DNA of 64,000 nt from Vicugna vicugna (taxonomy: Eukaryota), in assembly GCA_013265495.1 (NCBI GenBank), contig MU058781.1, forward strand, positions 4,279,050 through 4,343,049, written 5' to 3'. The notes beneath the pieces are model-generated. The model saw only the letters and a list, made by a program, of their open reading frames with translations. It searched no databases and was not told where the DNA came from. Below are positions 11,791 to 23,845 of this stretch, piece by piece. A program made the translations under genes and the position numbers. Numbering within the stretch: the stretch's first letter is position 1; every line of letters begins with the position of its first letter.

Positions 11791-13164
11791 GTGTTCACTC
11801 AAGTTCAGTCCCTTGTTTGACAAATGAGTGTTTTTTTTTTTTTTCTAGTTTGGAGTTCGTGATTTCTTTCAGTTCATATCTCTTATGCTTAGTTCTTGAT
11901 TACTCTTCTTAAAAATGAATGAAGTATTTGATCTTCCCCTTAAGGAATTTATACTATGGATAAGAAGACAAAAAAAAGGAAAAGTCTACTTTGGTCAAGA
12001 TGCAGCCCCAGAGCAGCATACCCACTGGTGGGAGGTGAGCAGTGTCAGAGGACCGTCTGGTGAAGTAGGGCCTCTTCAAGTCCAAGTTCATGGCTTCCAG
12101 CACCAAGAGGAAATCTCAAGTTCCTCATACTTCCTAACCACCAGACAGCCCAGACCCATCACACTGGGACCCTGCCCCTGCCTGGGAAAGCCCACTGTGA
12201 AAGGGGAGAAACAGACCACCTCCAGAGAATCACCGCAGGTAACAGTCCTACCCTAGCAGCTCCCGGAGGAGAGAAAAGTCTCCACAGGACACTGGGGCTT
12301 GGGAATGTGTTTTCCTGAAACAGGATGCTAATAACATACCAGAGCTCAGGTTTCCAGGATAATTGAAACCTTTGGTTTTAATTGGAGAAGGGGATGGGGG
12401 GGGTGGGGAGGCACGGAACAGGAAACCTTTTCCTGCCATTGCTGGAAAAGTTGACACTGTGGTTTTGGAGAAACAAATAGTCCAGTGTTTGGCCTTGGAC
12501 CTGAAGGGGGGGAGGGGAGGAGAGTGCTAACTGGGGAGGGGGAGGTGCTCTGTTCAGTTCACCTTTTGGGTTGGCAAGGGACAGACGGTTCAGTTTGGTG
12601 CACCAGGATAGGAATTCCTAAATACTTGTTATTTTAAAATATGTGGCTTTGCAACCAGGCACGCAGAGGCCCCCAGACTCAAGCATGTGTTATGAATTCG
12701 TCAATTTGTAGATAATGTGACTTTCCACAGCAAGTGGCACATCCACTTAGATGCTCAATAAATAGTGTTTGGTGACGATGAAAGAAATTATGCAGTTGTT
12801 TTTAATATATATATTATCACTGCTGCACCACAGGTAGGGCAGAGTGGTCCAGCAGACAGAAGTGAGAACTAAAAACAAAATTTCTCATTTAGCATTCATT
12901 TGCCTTCTAGTTGTGTCTACTGAGTAAGCACTGTGTCTCTGGGTTATGGAGAAGTTAATCTTCCCTCCCCGCTTACTTTCCTTCTTTCCTTCCAAATAAC
13001 CCCCATATACTGGAAGATATGAGGGCTATTGTATTGATTCAGAGAAACTTCCAGAAGAATACCCAGGAGAGAGTGGACAATCCAGACAACAGTCTCTCCA
13101 ATTCATTCTGACATTGGTTCTGTTCCCAAGGTGTCTCAGGTAAGCAAGACACAGAGCATGTTCC

Positions 13165-14048
13165 CTGGGGCCTAATTTCACATCATCCCCGTGATGCAGC
13201 TTGACTGGGCCCCCGCGTGCTCAGATATTTGGCCAAACATTTTTGGGGGGAGGTGTTTCTATGAGTGCTTTGGGAATGAGATTAGCTTTTTTTTCCCCCT
13301 GTTTATAATTCCTTTGTTTCTTCCATTCAGACCCCCACACTCAGACCCCTACATTCCCCACAAAAGGCTCCCCTACCAGAAAGAGAGCAGCCTTTTGAGG
13401 CCCTACCTCCTTGAAATGGGCTAAAACTGAAGTGCAGCGCCTGCCAACCCACCACAGAGTCACACACATTCTCATCACAGAAGTGGGCTGAGGGTGTGTG
13501 AGTCACTTTAGAAAAAAGGTCCAGTGGAGCACTGGAGACACAGATTAGCTTCTGAATTGATAGACTAGGTAAAGCAGATTGCCCTTCCTGATGTAGGTGG
13601 GCCTCATCCAATCAGTTGAAGGCCTGAATAGAACCAAAAGGTGGGCCCTCCTCTGAGTAAGAAAGAAGTCTTTCCATTCTGACTGCCTCCAAACTGGGAC
13701 ACAGGCCTTTCTTCTGCCTTCAGACTCAAATTGAAACATTGCCTCTTCCTGCGTCTTGAGTCTGCTGCCCTTCAGAATGGAACAACACCCTCAGTTTTCT
13801 TGGTTCTCAGACCTTTGGACTCAAGCTAGAATTCCACCACCAGCTCTCCTGGGATACAGCTTGCCAGCTCACCTGCAGATCTTGAGACTCGCCTGCCTCC
13901 ATGATTCAATGAGCCACTTTTAAAATAATAAATCTCTCTCTGTATATAGATGTGTTCATCTATCTAGATAGAGCTATAGATACAGATAAAGATATAGATG
14001 TAGATACATTCTGTTGCTTCTATTTCTCTGGAGAACCCGACTTACACG
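13165..14048 (+). mobile_element. MLT2B-like ERVL solo LTR, interrupted at 13289-13541
   Basis: cttgactgggcc...cagatatttggccaaacatt...taaagcagattgcccttcctgatgtaggtgggcctcatccaatcagttgaaggcctgaatagaac...tttctctggagaaccc. Confidence 0.9.
13289..13541 (-). pseudogene. 253-bp non-TE retro-insertion inside MLT2B
   Basis: TSD agattagctt (13279-13288 and 13542-13551) and a short T tract at the left junction; removing the insert restores the MLT2B consensus. Confidence 0.7.
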
Positions 14049-14629
14049 TCTTCTCTTACCCACTTCCCAAAGTCCAGCTCCCTCCTGGTCAAACGTTCTC
14101 AGTTCATCTATGGGACTGCACAGATTTCGGTAATGCAACACTGGGAAACCCTTCAGAGAGAGCAGCCTGAACATCAGCTGCTTGAAATTACAATTCCAGT
14201 TCCAGGCCTGTGGTTTTTGAGCCAAATTCTAAGAAAAAGATGGATGAGAGTGGCGGTGAGGGGGTGGGTGGGGCTGAGGGGAATAGCATGTGAGACCTTT
14301 ACTGATGGCGCACATCTCAAGGTGCTCCGGGGTGGGTCATCTTCTGTCCAGAAACCCGTGGTCCCTGTTTGTGTTCACACTTACAGACTGCTTCTGTTTA
14401 CATCAGTTCCATTTCCAAAAATCAAAGGGGAGGCTGATGGGGAGGAATATGGAAATCGCCTCTGAGCTGCACAGTTTATGAAGTGAGCACTATGAAGTTC
14501 CCACCTCTACACGCAGCAAAGCACGCAGGCAGAGAAGGGCGCTGATGCCCACAGACAGGTGCGTCCACCTTGGGGCTCTCCGGGCTGGGGAAGTGTTTAG
14601 AGTGTTTTTTGAAGTGTTGGTGGCTCTGT

Positions 14630-14970
14630 TATTAGATTTGTCTCGAGCTTGTTGAGAAGTATTTATTAGAAGCCTTCTTGATCCTTCTTCTGTCTGATAT
14701 GCCATAACTTTTATGACACAGAAATAACCAAAATGAAGAAGCCGAGACAACTCAGAGATTATTTGCCAGGTCTCCCACAACTGCCGGCCGTTTATACGGA
14801 GAATTTATGGACACACAAGTCGTCTGCAGGGGTGAAATAGGGCCGTGCGCTGTGCGACGGGCGTAATGAACAAAATAACCCCGTCGTTATGCAGATGTTC
14901 CACGAGGGCTGTCAGCGTGTCGGGGAGAATTTACTCCCTGTCCCTGATGCTCAAGACAAACAATTCCACG
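14630..14970. promoter_or_regulatory. Candidate enhancer or conserved non-coding element (HOX/CDX and TALE motifs)
   Basis: Repeat-free; ttttatgac 14709-14717, gccataac 14701-14708, tttatgg 14804-14810, tgtca 14910-14914; function is inferred only. Confidence 0.35.
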
Positions 14971-17234
14971 AGACGAAAAACAACATGGGAGGAGAAAGGA
15001 GAACCAGGCTTTCTGTCTTCCCTCGAAGTTTAACTCTGCGTGGGGAATGGTGACTTGGACAACAGCGGTGCCCGATGAGCCATTTTTCTCCCCTGCAGCA
15101 AAAGACAGGGAAACTTCTTTCCAGTCCTAGTGTTTTGACCTGGAAATGTTTACTGAACCCTGGGAGACAAGGAAAGGCTGCATTTGGGGTTTTTGTTTGT
15201 TTTTGTTTTTTTGAGTGACAGGTTCTATGCAGCTACAAGAGAAGCTAAAATAAAATAATGTTGCTCTGTAGAAACTAGAGATTATTTCTGTTCTCTTCAG
15301 CCTATATAACTTGCCTCCCACTTTAAAGAAAGCCAGAAACGATTCTCCAGTGTCTACCAGTCACATGTGGCCATCTACACTTTTGCCAGTTACAGCAAAC
15401 ACTGCCAAAGTCTCAGATTCCTAACAGCATCCCCAAGGAGCCATCTCCCCTCACCTCTGTGTCTGGTTTTGTTAAAATTTAGAAACTGCTGTGGTTCCTT
15501 AGCTGGTGCCAAGGAGTTATATATTCAGGTCTCCAAGCCACCTACAATTACTTGTCTTGGCTATGATCGGTACTGTACCCAGCCCCAGTGGTAATTTCAC
15601 CATAAACCAGGTCTCTCTCCTTTTATTGTATTTTATTTGGAGGGAGGGGCTCCTCACCAGGAATTACTTTCTCATTAGATGGCTTCGTTACAAGCGTCAG
15701 CTTGCTTTGCTACGGAAACCTTTCACAGATCAGAAGTGGTTGTGCCACGGCTGTTTGGCCCCATGGATTTCACCCTGGCAAGTCCATCAGTCAGGTTCCC
15801 CGCCATCTGGAATGCACCTGACTTGTCCCCCCAGTTGTATGTATTGGCACCTTTTCCTGGCCTCTTTCTTTTTTTTCTTTTTAAAAATAATCTCCACTGG
15901 AAAGCAGAAGTGAACATTAATTTCTCTGGGAAACATTCCAGAGAATGCAAAGGAGAAGAGAGCTTGGTTTTCCTTTTCTGGACTTTCAGGAAATCCTATC
16001 GAGAAGTAAGTCGCTATCACCAATCTTTCCCTGCTCAGAAACATGTAGTTTACATCGCGACTCTGACAAATTCTCCGCCTTGGATTGCTAGGGGACAGGT
16101 GAAAGGAATGCTCTTCCCACACTTCCTGAAACAAAGAGAATCACACTGGGCAAGGGGTCTGCAGTGGGCCTTGACTGGTCACCTTTTTCTTAGAAGCCAA
16201 ATAACTCCAGCGGAGCAGCTTTATTTAACTTGGGACTCTCTCATAGTTTCTGCATAAATTTACTATAAAATCATAAAGCAAAACATAAAAGGAGAATGGC
16301 AACAGTAAAGTAGCTATGCCACAAACTCGACAGTGATTATATATTCTGTCTAGGGCACACTTAAGTCTCTAATTGCTAAATGTAATTTAAATGAAAACAT
16401 GTGTTTCTTGTTAAATTCATCAACTACATTTTTAAGTGCTACGGAGGAGAGCTGTGATTAAGGCTGACTGCACACCTCGGGGCTTTGACAGCCACGGGGC
16501 TGGCGCAGGTAGTTACTGGATAGTCATCTGAAGCTGGAGGTTCTTAACAGGCGTGTTGCTCTCCAAACCAGACAACTCGGCAGAGCGGGGAGGGGGCACT
16601 TGGGAGGCCTCACTCAGCCGGGGAATCTTTCGCAGGTCATGCGCTGCTGTCTCCCACGTGTCCGATTGTTAAGACTCTCAGAAGTTCGTCCGGATCTGGC
16701 CCTATTTGGAATCCTGCTCTTTACCTGCTAAAGATACTCAGTGGTGTTCTAAAATTCTGACCCACTGGAGCAACTTCCCGGCAAAGGAGCTGGTCCCCTC
16801 TGTAACTTCCTGCTCCCAGGGTGCCATCTGTCCCCCGTGGGTACAAGAAAGACGGTCAATAAGGTGATGCTTGTGAAGACCACGTGTGACAGACACGGTG
16901 TAAGGACTTCGTACAACCGTGGCACCGAGTAGTTGCTCAGCAAACATCATTCTCATCCTCTTACCCGAGAAGTACAAGTTTGATATAAAGAACTAAAAGG
17001 AAAAGGAAAAAACTCTTCCGTTCAGCTGTGTCTAGGGAAAAGCCAGTCTTAAACCATCAAAGTCTGGAATAGTGAATAGTTTTTAAGCGCACCATTGTTA
17101 TGTTCAATTAGAGACAGTAATTAGAAATGACTAATTAAATTACATTTTGTTTATTTTCTATTGAGCTAACAAGAACAATTTGTAAATAGCTTATCAATCC
17201 TTGTGGAAAAACATTTGTAGAGCATTTGGGAGTC

Positions 17235-17686
17235 TGTATTTGGTTAGGTTCTCCAGAGAAACAAGACTGCGAGGAGATATGCACATATAATATTCTTTTA
17301 AGGAACTGGCTCATGTGACATGGAGACTGAGAAGTCCCACCACGTGTGGTCGGCCAGCTGGAGACCCAGGAGAGCTGACGGGGTGAGCTCCAGTCCGGGT
17401 CTGAATCTGAACGCCGGAGAAAACCGACAGGCAGGCTCAGAGGCAGTCAGGCAGAAGGACAGAATTCCTCCTTCCTCAACTTTTTTGCTCCACTCAGGCC
17501 TGGGCGGATTGGATGGGGCCCGTCCCCATTAAGAAGGACACTCTGCTTTCCCCAGTCTGCTGATTCATATGTTAATCTCACCCAGAAATACTGCATGGAT
17601 GCATACAGAATAATGTTTGACCAAATATTCGGACACCCTGTGGCCCTGTGGCCCAGTCAAGTTGACACATAAAATTCATGGTCACA
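17235..17686 (-). mobile_element. MLT2B/D-like ERVL solo LTR
   Basis: TG...CA termini; ggttctccagagaaaca...aaggaactggctcatgtga...gcccagtcaagttgacacataaaatt; perfect 5-bp TSD gagtc (17230-17234 and 17687-17691). Confidence 0.92.
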
Positions 17687-17727
17687 GAGTCTAAGGTAAT
17701 CTTACGAGATATGTGCAGCACTGCCTC

Positions 17728-17848
17728 TGTGGTGTGTCATGGAGAGGGTATGGATTTGGAGTCAGGCATATCTATATTAAATCCTGCTTCCTCTGCCTCC
17801 TAGGTCTGGGTCCCTGGAGAGTCATGTGACCTCACTAAGACTCAGTTA
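17728..17848 (+). mobile_element. MIR SINE 5' part
   Basis: ggatttggagtcaggc...aaatcctgcttcctctgcc...gagtcatgtgacctcactaagactcagtt. Confidence 0.65.
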
Positions 17849-18223
17849 TATTATGGCCACCGTAGTTAATAACTATCTGTGCATCATGTTTGTTGTGTGT
17901 GGTTCCAGGTGCAGCCCCTGGCCCCCATCCATGTAGGGCCTGGGAAATTAGGGTCCATTTTCTGCTACTGTGACTATGATAGGAGCATTGGTAGCAAAGG
18001 ACTAGAGACCTGGAGGTCTGGCCAGTGGCTGCTCCTGCATCCAGCCACTCTCGTTCACGCGCTCACTTGTCCTTGTTCACCTGTTGGGTTGCACGCTGAC
18101 CCTGGAGGACTCAGTCAGAACTGCCCAGCAAATCCCCAGACTCAGGACATCCCAAATCTTCTCCCCCGACGTCTCTTCCTAGGGTCTGGAAGACTCTTCT
18201 CTGGATCTGTTATGATCACATAG

Positions 18224-18559
18224 TGTTATGGTCGAATAGTATCTCTCCAAAATTTCTATGTTGAAATCCTAACTCCCAGAAATCCTCAGAATGTGACTGT
18301 TTGGGGAGACAGGGTCTGTTAAAAGATGATTAAATAAAAATGAGGTCGTCAGGTGGTGTCCTTATAAGAAGAGGAAACTTGGATACACAGAGAGACAGGC
18401 AGCCGTCTGCTAGCCAAACAGAGGCCTTGGGAGACACCAACCCTGCCGATACCTTGATCTTGGACTTCCAGCCTCCAGAACCGTGAGAAGATAAATTTCT
18501 GTTGCTTAGGCCAACCAGTCAGTGATATTGGGTTATGACAGCCCTAGAAAATAAATACA
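18224..18559 (+). mobile_element. MLT1B-like MaLR solo LTR
   Basis: tgttatggtcgaat...tatgttgaaatcctaactccc...ccttgatcttggacttccagcctccagaaccgtgagaagataaatttctgttg...cagccctagaaaataaataca. Confidence 0.9.
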
Positions 18560-19133
18560 GCATCCTTGAACCACAGAAGATCTGTTCACATCCTCTTTCC
18601 TGGAAGCAGCAGTAGTGGGCTCCCCATAGGCAGCTCTATTCACTGCTTCAGTGACAACTTTCCTTTTGAGCAGCGATGGTGGTGACTTCCTGGTACCTCG
18701 CTAACCGGAGCAGAGAAGGAGATACAAGTTTACCCTCCAGGACAGCATCCTGCTACACAGCAAAACACTTATCACACTGCCTGTCAGAGAAGTCAGTCAA
18801 CACAGGTCCATTTTCTTACGTGCCTCCAGTCTGGGCTTTTGACAGCGTCCAGCCAAGGAAGACCAAGGTCCAGTGCTCGACGGGATCCTACTTCCAAGGC
18901 AGCTGTGGGCCTCCAAATCTGCCCTCTGAAGCTCCTGTTCAATACTTCTCATTGGTAGATGCAATGCAAAAAGGCCTTCTGGAGAACTCTTTTGACATGA
19001 AGGTGAGCTGCAGTGGGAGAACCTGGGCTTCTTTCTTTTCCATGAACACCTGGAGCAAGCTCTGACAAAGCATCAGACAAACCCTCCAAACATGCCGGTT
19101 CCCCAACCAGAGTGAGGAATCCGAGCGTGCAGG

Positions 19134-19298
19134 CAGGACTGGATGCACAACACCAGAACACAGCTTCCACAAGGTGATGACGCAGGACCCCTGGTTAAAG
19201 AATTAGTAAGGATTTCAAGATGGCGACAGCAGGGCATTAAACCAAGCACAGAGCCCAGCGTGACCGCACGGGGCCTCACGCCCATGGAGCTGGCCCAG
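19134..19298 (-). mobile_element. MER45A hAT-Tip100 MITE
   Basis: caggactgg...aagaattagtaaggatttcaagatggcgacagcagggcattaaaccaagc...cacgcccatggagctggccc. Confidence 0.85.
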
Positions 19299-21037
19299 AG
19301 GCAGCATCAACTCCCCAGAACAGCAAAGCTGTTGGATATACACTCTGATAAAAAAACTGTCTGGATTGGGGTGGAGGCCTGCGTTTTTCATTTCATTAGA
19401 AATTCTCATCGTGGTCACCTCCACAGGGACAAGAGCTGTTATGTATCTGAAACCCAGGCATGCTCCCACCTCTGACCTGCATGACTACAGCGATGGGCTG
19501 TGACCCGGGAGGAAGTGAAACCAGAGCAGACACCAGGCTGTCTGCCCAGGCAGCAGCAGCCGCCTGCAGCCCCATTGATCTGAGGTTTGGGCTGCTGCCT
19601 GGCCTTATCAGCTGGTGACATCAGCGCTGCCATCCATTCCCTCTCCTCCTGTGAACCCAGAAAGTGCTTCTGAGGGCAACAAGCACCAGTTAGCAAAGAC
19701 TCTGGACCCCCAGATAAACAGCACGCTCACGAAGGAAGCAGACGCCTCGCTCCTTTGAAGAAAGTGTCTAGACAGCTTTTCCATGTAATGTAAAGAGAGG
19801 AGAAACCGGAAAGCCCCTCCTTGTACAGACGTCCCCTACGGAGCAACCTGGTGCTATTTTGACAGCCATGGATTACACTGACCCTTTCTTACAGAAGTTT
19901 CCAGCTCTAAACAACATGCTTGTGTGAGCACACTTCACCTGTGTTTATATCAAACCTTGAACCAGATGGAGAGCAGAAGTCATCACTGGGAGAAATGGGT
20001 ATTGTCCCTGAACTACATCCAACTTTGGTCTGCCTTTGAGTTCTTTCGATCGACTCATATTAAAAATAGAAATGTCAATTTTAAAGATAGATCAAAGGTA
20101 ATAAGTAAGAGACATTTTGGTCAAATTCTAAGTAATTATTTGACGCTGCATCCACTTCAAAATATTGAGTAATTTTTTTCAAAGCCAAGGAAGGTCCATT
20201 TTTTAGCCTTGAAAAAAAATTTGGTCAGTATCTTAGGGAAAAGATCATTTACAAAGTTTTAACATCTCCATAGTGGGTCAACTATGGTTTTTATACTTGT
20301 TTGTTTCTGCTCAGATTCACAAGATTTGGGGGATCCATCATGTTGGGTATTTGAAGCAGAGGTGAGAGAAATCAGACCTGAGATCCTGGCCAAATTATCT
20401 GACATTCTTCAGTCTTCGCTTGAAATAGCGTCTATCATCCTGAACCTGTTTCAGCCCCTTCAGAATCTGGCTTGAATTTTACCTGCATTGGAAGCGAGTT
20501 TTGATTATATATCCTACCCCCGTGAAATGAAATTGTCACCTTGTCCATTCTGTTCTCTTAAACATTCTCAGACAGGGTTATATTTGTTTGTTCTAAAGCA
20601 TTCCTTGGTTCATACAAATCTTTGCATTTTTCTCTCCAGTATACACGTTATTCACCTTTGCTGGAATGCAGTCTCTGAGGGCAGCACGGTCTCCCCGGAG
20701 CATGTGGGACAAATCACCCTCCCCTGCTTCACACCATTCCTGTCATCCACCTCTCTCACTCTGAATATTTGCACTAATCGCCAAAATGAATTGATCTGCT
20801 TCAGGGAAACTGTGATCTAAAATCTGGTGAAAATTTTATGCCTGAAGAAATAAATTATATAAGATTTTTTTTCATAATACCTGAAATCTCATGTAAAGGC
20901 AGCATGCTCATTCTATACGACATATTAGATAAATACAGTATAAGCCCAGTGGCTGTTAAATAACCAAAACTACAGTTAAGACAATGGCTGTGATAAGTGG
21001 CTTAAAATGAACACTAACATTCTTAGAAGTTTAAAAG

Positions 21038-21160
21038 GAACGTGATACATGGAAAGAGCACAAGATGAGGAATCAGGGCACTAGTGTTCTTGATTCGGGC
21101 TGGGGCTTCGGTTTCCTTGTCTTAAACAAAGGGAGTGGATGTGATCTTTATGAACTCTGT
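21038..21160 (+). mobile_element. MIR3/MIRc fragment
   Basis: tggaaagagcacaagatgaggaatcaggg...gcttcggtttccttgtcttaaacaaagggagtgga. Confidence 0.55.
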
Positions 21161-21229
21161 AAACATGCTGTTTACTTGTCTTTGTAAAAGTTGTTCCTAA
21201 GCTTGCAAAGGTGGTCTATGCCCCCATTA

Positions 21230-21890
21230 AAAACCACCCTTCCTGTTACTCCTCCCTGCCGCTCCCCTTCTGCTTGTCTGTACACCACACCCATGTGCAT
21301 GTGCCCCTGTGAACATGCAGGGATTTTTTTTTTTTTTGGTACATAAATGACATCATAATACACCCACTGTGGGGAGCATTACTCTTTTCACTTAATAACT
21401 GACATCTTTCCTTATTGGTATGTTCAGATCTGTTTCATCCTATTAACGGGTTGCATAATATTCTACACAATCGTTATATCTGTTACTCCTCTGTATTGAA
21501 TGCCACTGAAGTTGCATTTTATTTTTTGGATTTGCATGCAGTGCTTTTATGAACATCCCTGCACATATATCTTTGATGTGTACATGAATATATCTGCAGG
21601 ACAGTTTTCAGAAGAATTTTTGGGTCAAAGAGTTTGTGTACTTTTAATTTTAATGAGTTTTTCCAAATTAACTTCCTAAAGGTTGTGTCCTCTCACTGAT
21701 GGGATATGAAAGTGTCCATTTCTTCAGAGCTTTACCAACACTGAATGTTATCATTCTCTTTATTTTTTTGCCTCTCTAACAGGTAAAAATGAGATGTTTT
21801 AATTTGCATTTCTCTGGGTTTTAATTTGCATTATCATTAAGGTGAAAAAAATTATTAGTATTGATTTTTGGTTTTTTCCTCTTTTGTACA
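21230..21890 (-). mobile_element. Old L1ME 3' region
   Basis: cttttcacttaat...tatgaacatccctgcacatatatcttt...tgggtcaaagagt...ccaacactgaatgttatcattc...gttttaatttgcatttctctg. Confidence 0.75.
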
Positions 21891-22469
21891 TACTGATTTA
21901 ATCAAATATCAGAATCCTGTTGATCATTCTTGTTATGAAAAAATTAATAAATGCAGCAGGATCGGTAGCTGGATTGCATTTCTCGTGCAATGATTCAACC
22001 TTCCCTTCCACGGTGAGCCCTTGCCCTGAGTTGGAGAACTTTGCTGAAACATACGTGATAGGAAGCTGGTACAAACGCTAGAGGTTTCATCATTTCCAAG
22101 GAGAGACGTTTGCATGCTGCCTTTCTGTTTTTATTTTTCCATGCTGTTGTAGACATTTGAATTTCTGCTTCTCTCTCCAGTCTCGGCGTCTAAACTAGAT
22201 GGTCTCCCTCCCAGATCCTTCAATTTATCAAAATAGTAGCTCTAGGAGCTTCGGTTTGGGAGCAAATGCCTTGAAGCTAGCTAGTCTCTGCGGGCCAGGA
22301 GGGAGGAGGCTGTGATGGTCCCAGCTGCTCCGCAGACAGGCTCTTTGCCCTGAGTGCCGCCTGCACGGCCCGCTCCTGCTCAGCTAGCGTTGACCCAGAA
22401 CTTTCTGAAAAGCTCTGACCTCTGAAGCAGCCTCCTCTTCGTGCATTTTGGGCTCCAATCCACCTAATC

Positions 22470-22674
22470 AAACGGCTCTCAACTCGGGACAATTTGCCCT
22501 CCATCCCTCAAGGGGCACTTGGCAATGTCTGGAGACATTTGGTTGCCACAAGTTAGAGGCAGTACCGCTGGAGTATCAGGAGTGCTGATAAACGTCCTAC
22601 AGCGCACGGGAGAGTCCCACAACAGGGAAGTGCCCAGTCCAAAGTGTCAACAGCGCTGAGTTAGAGAAACCCCG
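22470..22674 (+). mobile_element. MER20 hAT-Charlie MITE
   Basis: ggcacttggcaatgtctggagacatttggttgccacaa...aaagtgtcaacagcgctgagttagagaaaccc; degenerate 8-bp TSD acctaatc / atctagtc. Confidence 0.9.
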
Positions 22675-23400
22675 ATCTAGTCCCATCTGCCTTCCACTTG
22701 AGTGTACCTTTTCCTGTTTCCCAACGTTCATTCTTTTAAAACATATTTCTGTAATTTCAATGAGATTTGGTGGTGGAGTTCAAGTATACGCATGAGGTCA
22801 GTCTGCTATCGTGAATGAGAAGAAGATCCCATGACTTTGTTAATACACTTCGGGTCCAGACTGACGTGCAAACCTTTCCTGAACACTCAGGTTCACGTTT
22901 CATTCTTTAACTCTTCTTTTCGTTTAACTTTTGTACAACTGCTGTCTGACTAAGATGAATGCATAGTGCAATCTAAAAGGGCAAAAAATCTACAATTTTA
23001 AACAAAGTAATCGAGGTCACTAATTGACTCATGCAAAGTCTTTTCCGCCGTTATACTACCATGTAATTACAGCAAACTGATGCACGATCCCGGGAGAGCT
23101 GGAACCTCGTCACACTGATACACATGCATTGTATGAAAAATAAATGGAAAGAGAAGAAGTATGCAAAAAATAAAATAAAATTATGAATGAATAAATAATT
23201 TTAAGTGTCAATGCGTACGAAAGGGCTGCCTCTCACGGGAAGAGCTCGTTTGCATTTTGTCCTCTTGGTGATACTAGGGAATTTGCAGGCTGTTTGTGTT
23301 CCAGCAGTAAGTTTCTAAATTTGATATTAAAGAAAAGAAGTGCACGTCCCCAGGAAAACACAGAACGTTGGGGCTGAAGGGACCTTAGAAATCACATGGT

Positions 23401-23845
23401 TGTGACGTTGTGGCCTCCACGATGCACCTCTGTGTAGTCACCTCCCCCCTCTGTGTAGCTGACTCTAGGCTCAGCTATGGGTCTTGCTCTGACCAATAGG
23501 ATATCAACAAACATGATTCAAAAATTGATAAGTGCTTATGCAGTGGGGCATTCTCCTTTCAGAACTCTGCTGCACTGTGTTAGAAACCCCGGATATTCTG
23601 CTGGAAAGACAACATGAGGGAGAACTGAGGCACCCTGGCTGACAGCCTGGTGAACCACCAGACGTGAGTGAGGCCATCTTGGACCACATCCAAAAGGCTG
23701 CCTCCGCATGAGTGAGCACCAGTGCGACCCGTGGAAACACCACCCAGCTAACCCCAGCTCAACGGCAGAACTGTGAACAGATGAATGTTGGTGTTAGCCG
23801 CTGACGTTTGAGGTGGTTGATAACAGCAGTAGGATAACTGAAACA
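23401..23845 (+). mobile_element. MLT1G/H-like MaLR solo LTR inserted into a MIR3-like element
   Basis: TG...CA termini; gaactgaggcaccctggctgacagcc...cagacgtgagtgaggccatcttggacc...cagcagtaggataactgaaaca; MIR3-like flanks (gctgaagggaccttagaaatca left, cttttagacatgaaacaactgag right). Confidence 0.8.

Noticed and set aside
15679..16257. 192-aa plus-strand ORF
   Set aside because: No recognisable homology; runs through a T-rich low-complexity tract; no supporting gene structure
17878..18660. Possible old ERVL LTR (LTR33/LTR41-like) flanking the MLT1B
   Set aside because: Resemblance too weak to assign by eye
20315..20361. Possible 47-nt exon (pyrimidine tract-CAG ... GAG|gtgaga)
   Set aside because: Isolated splice-like signals arise often by chance; no partner exons or coding signal
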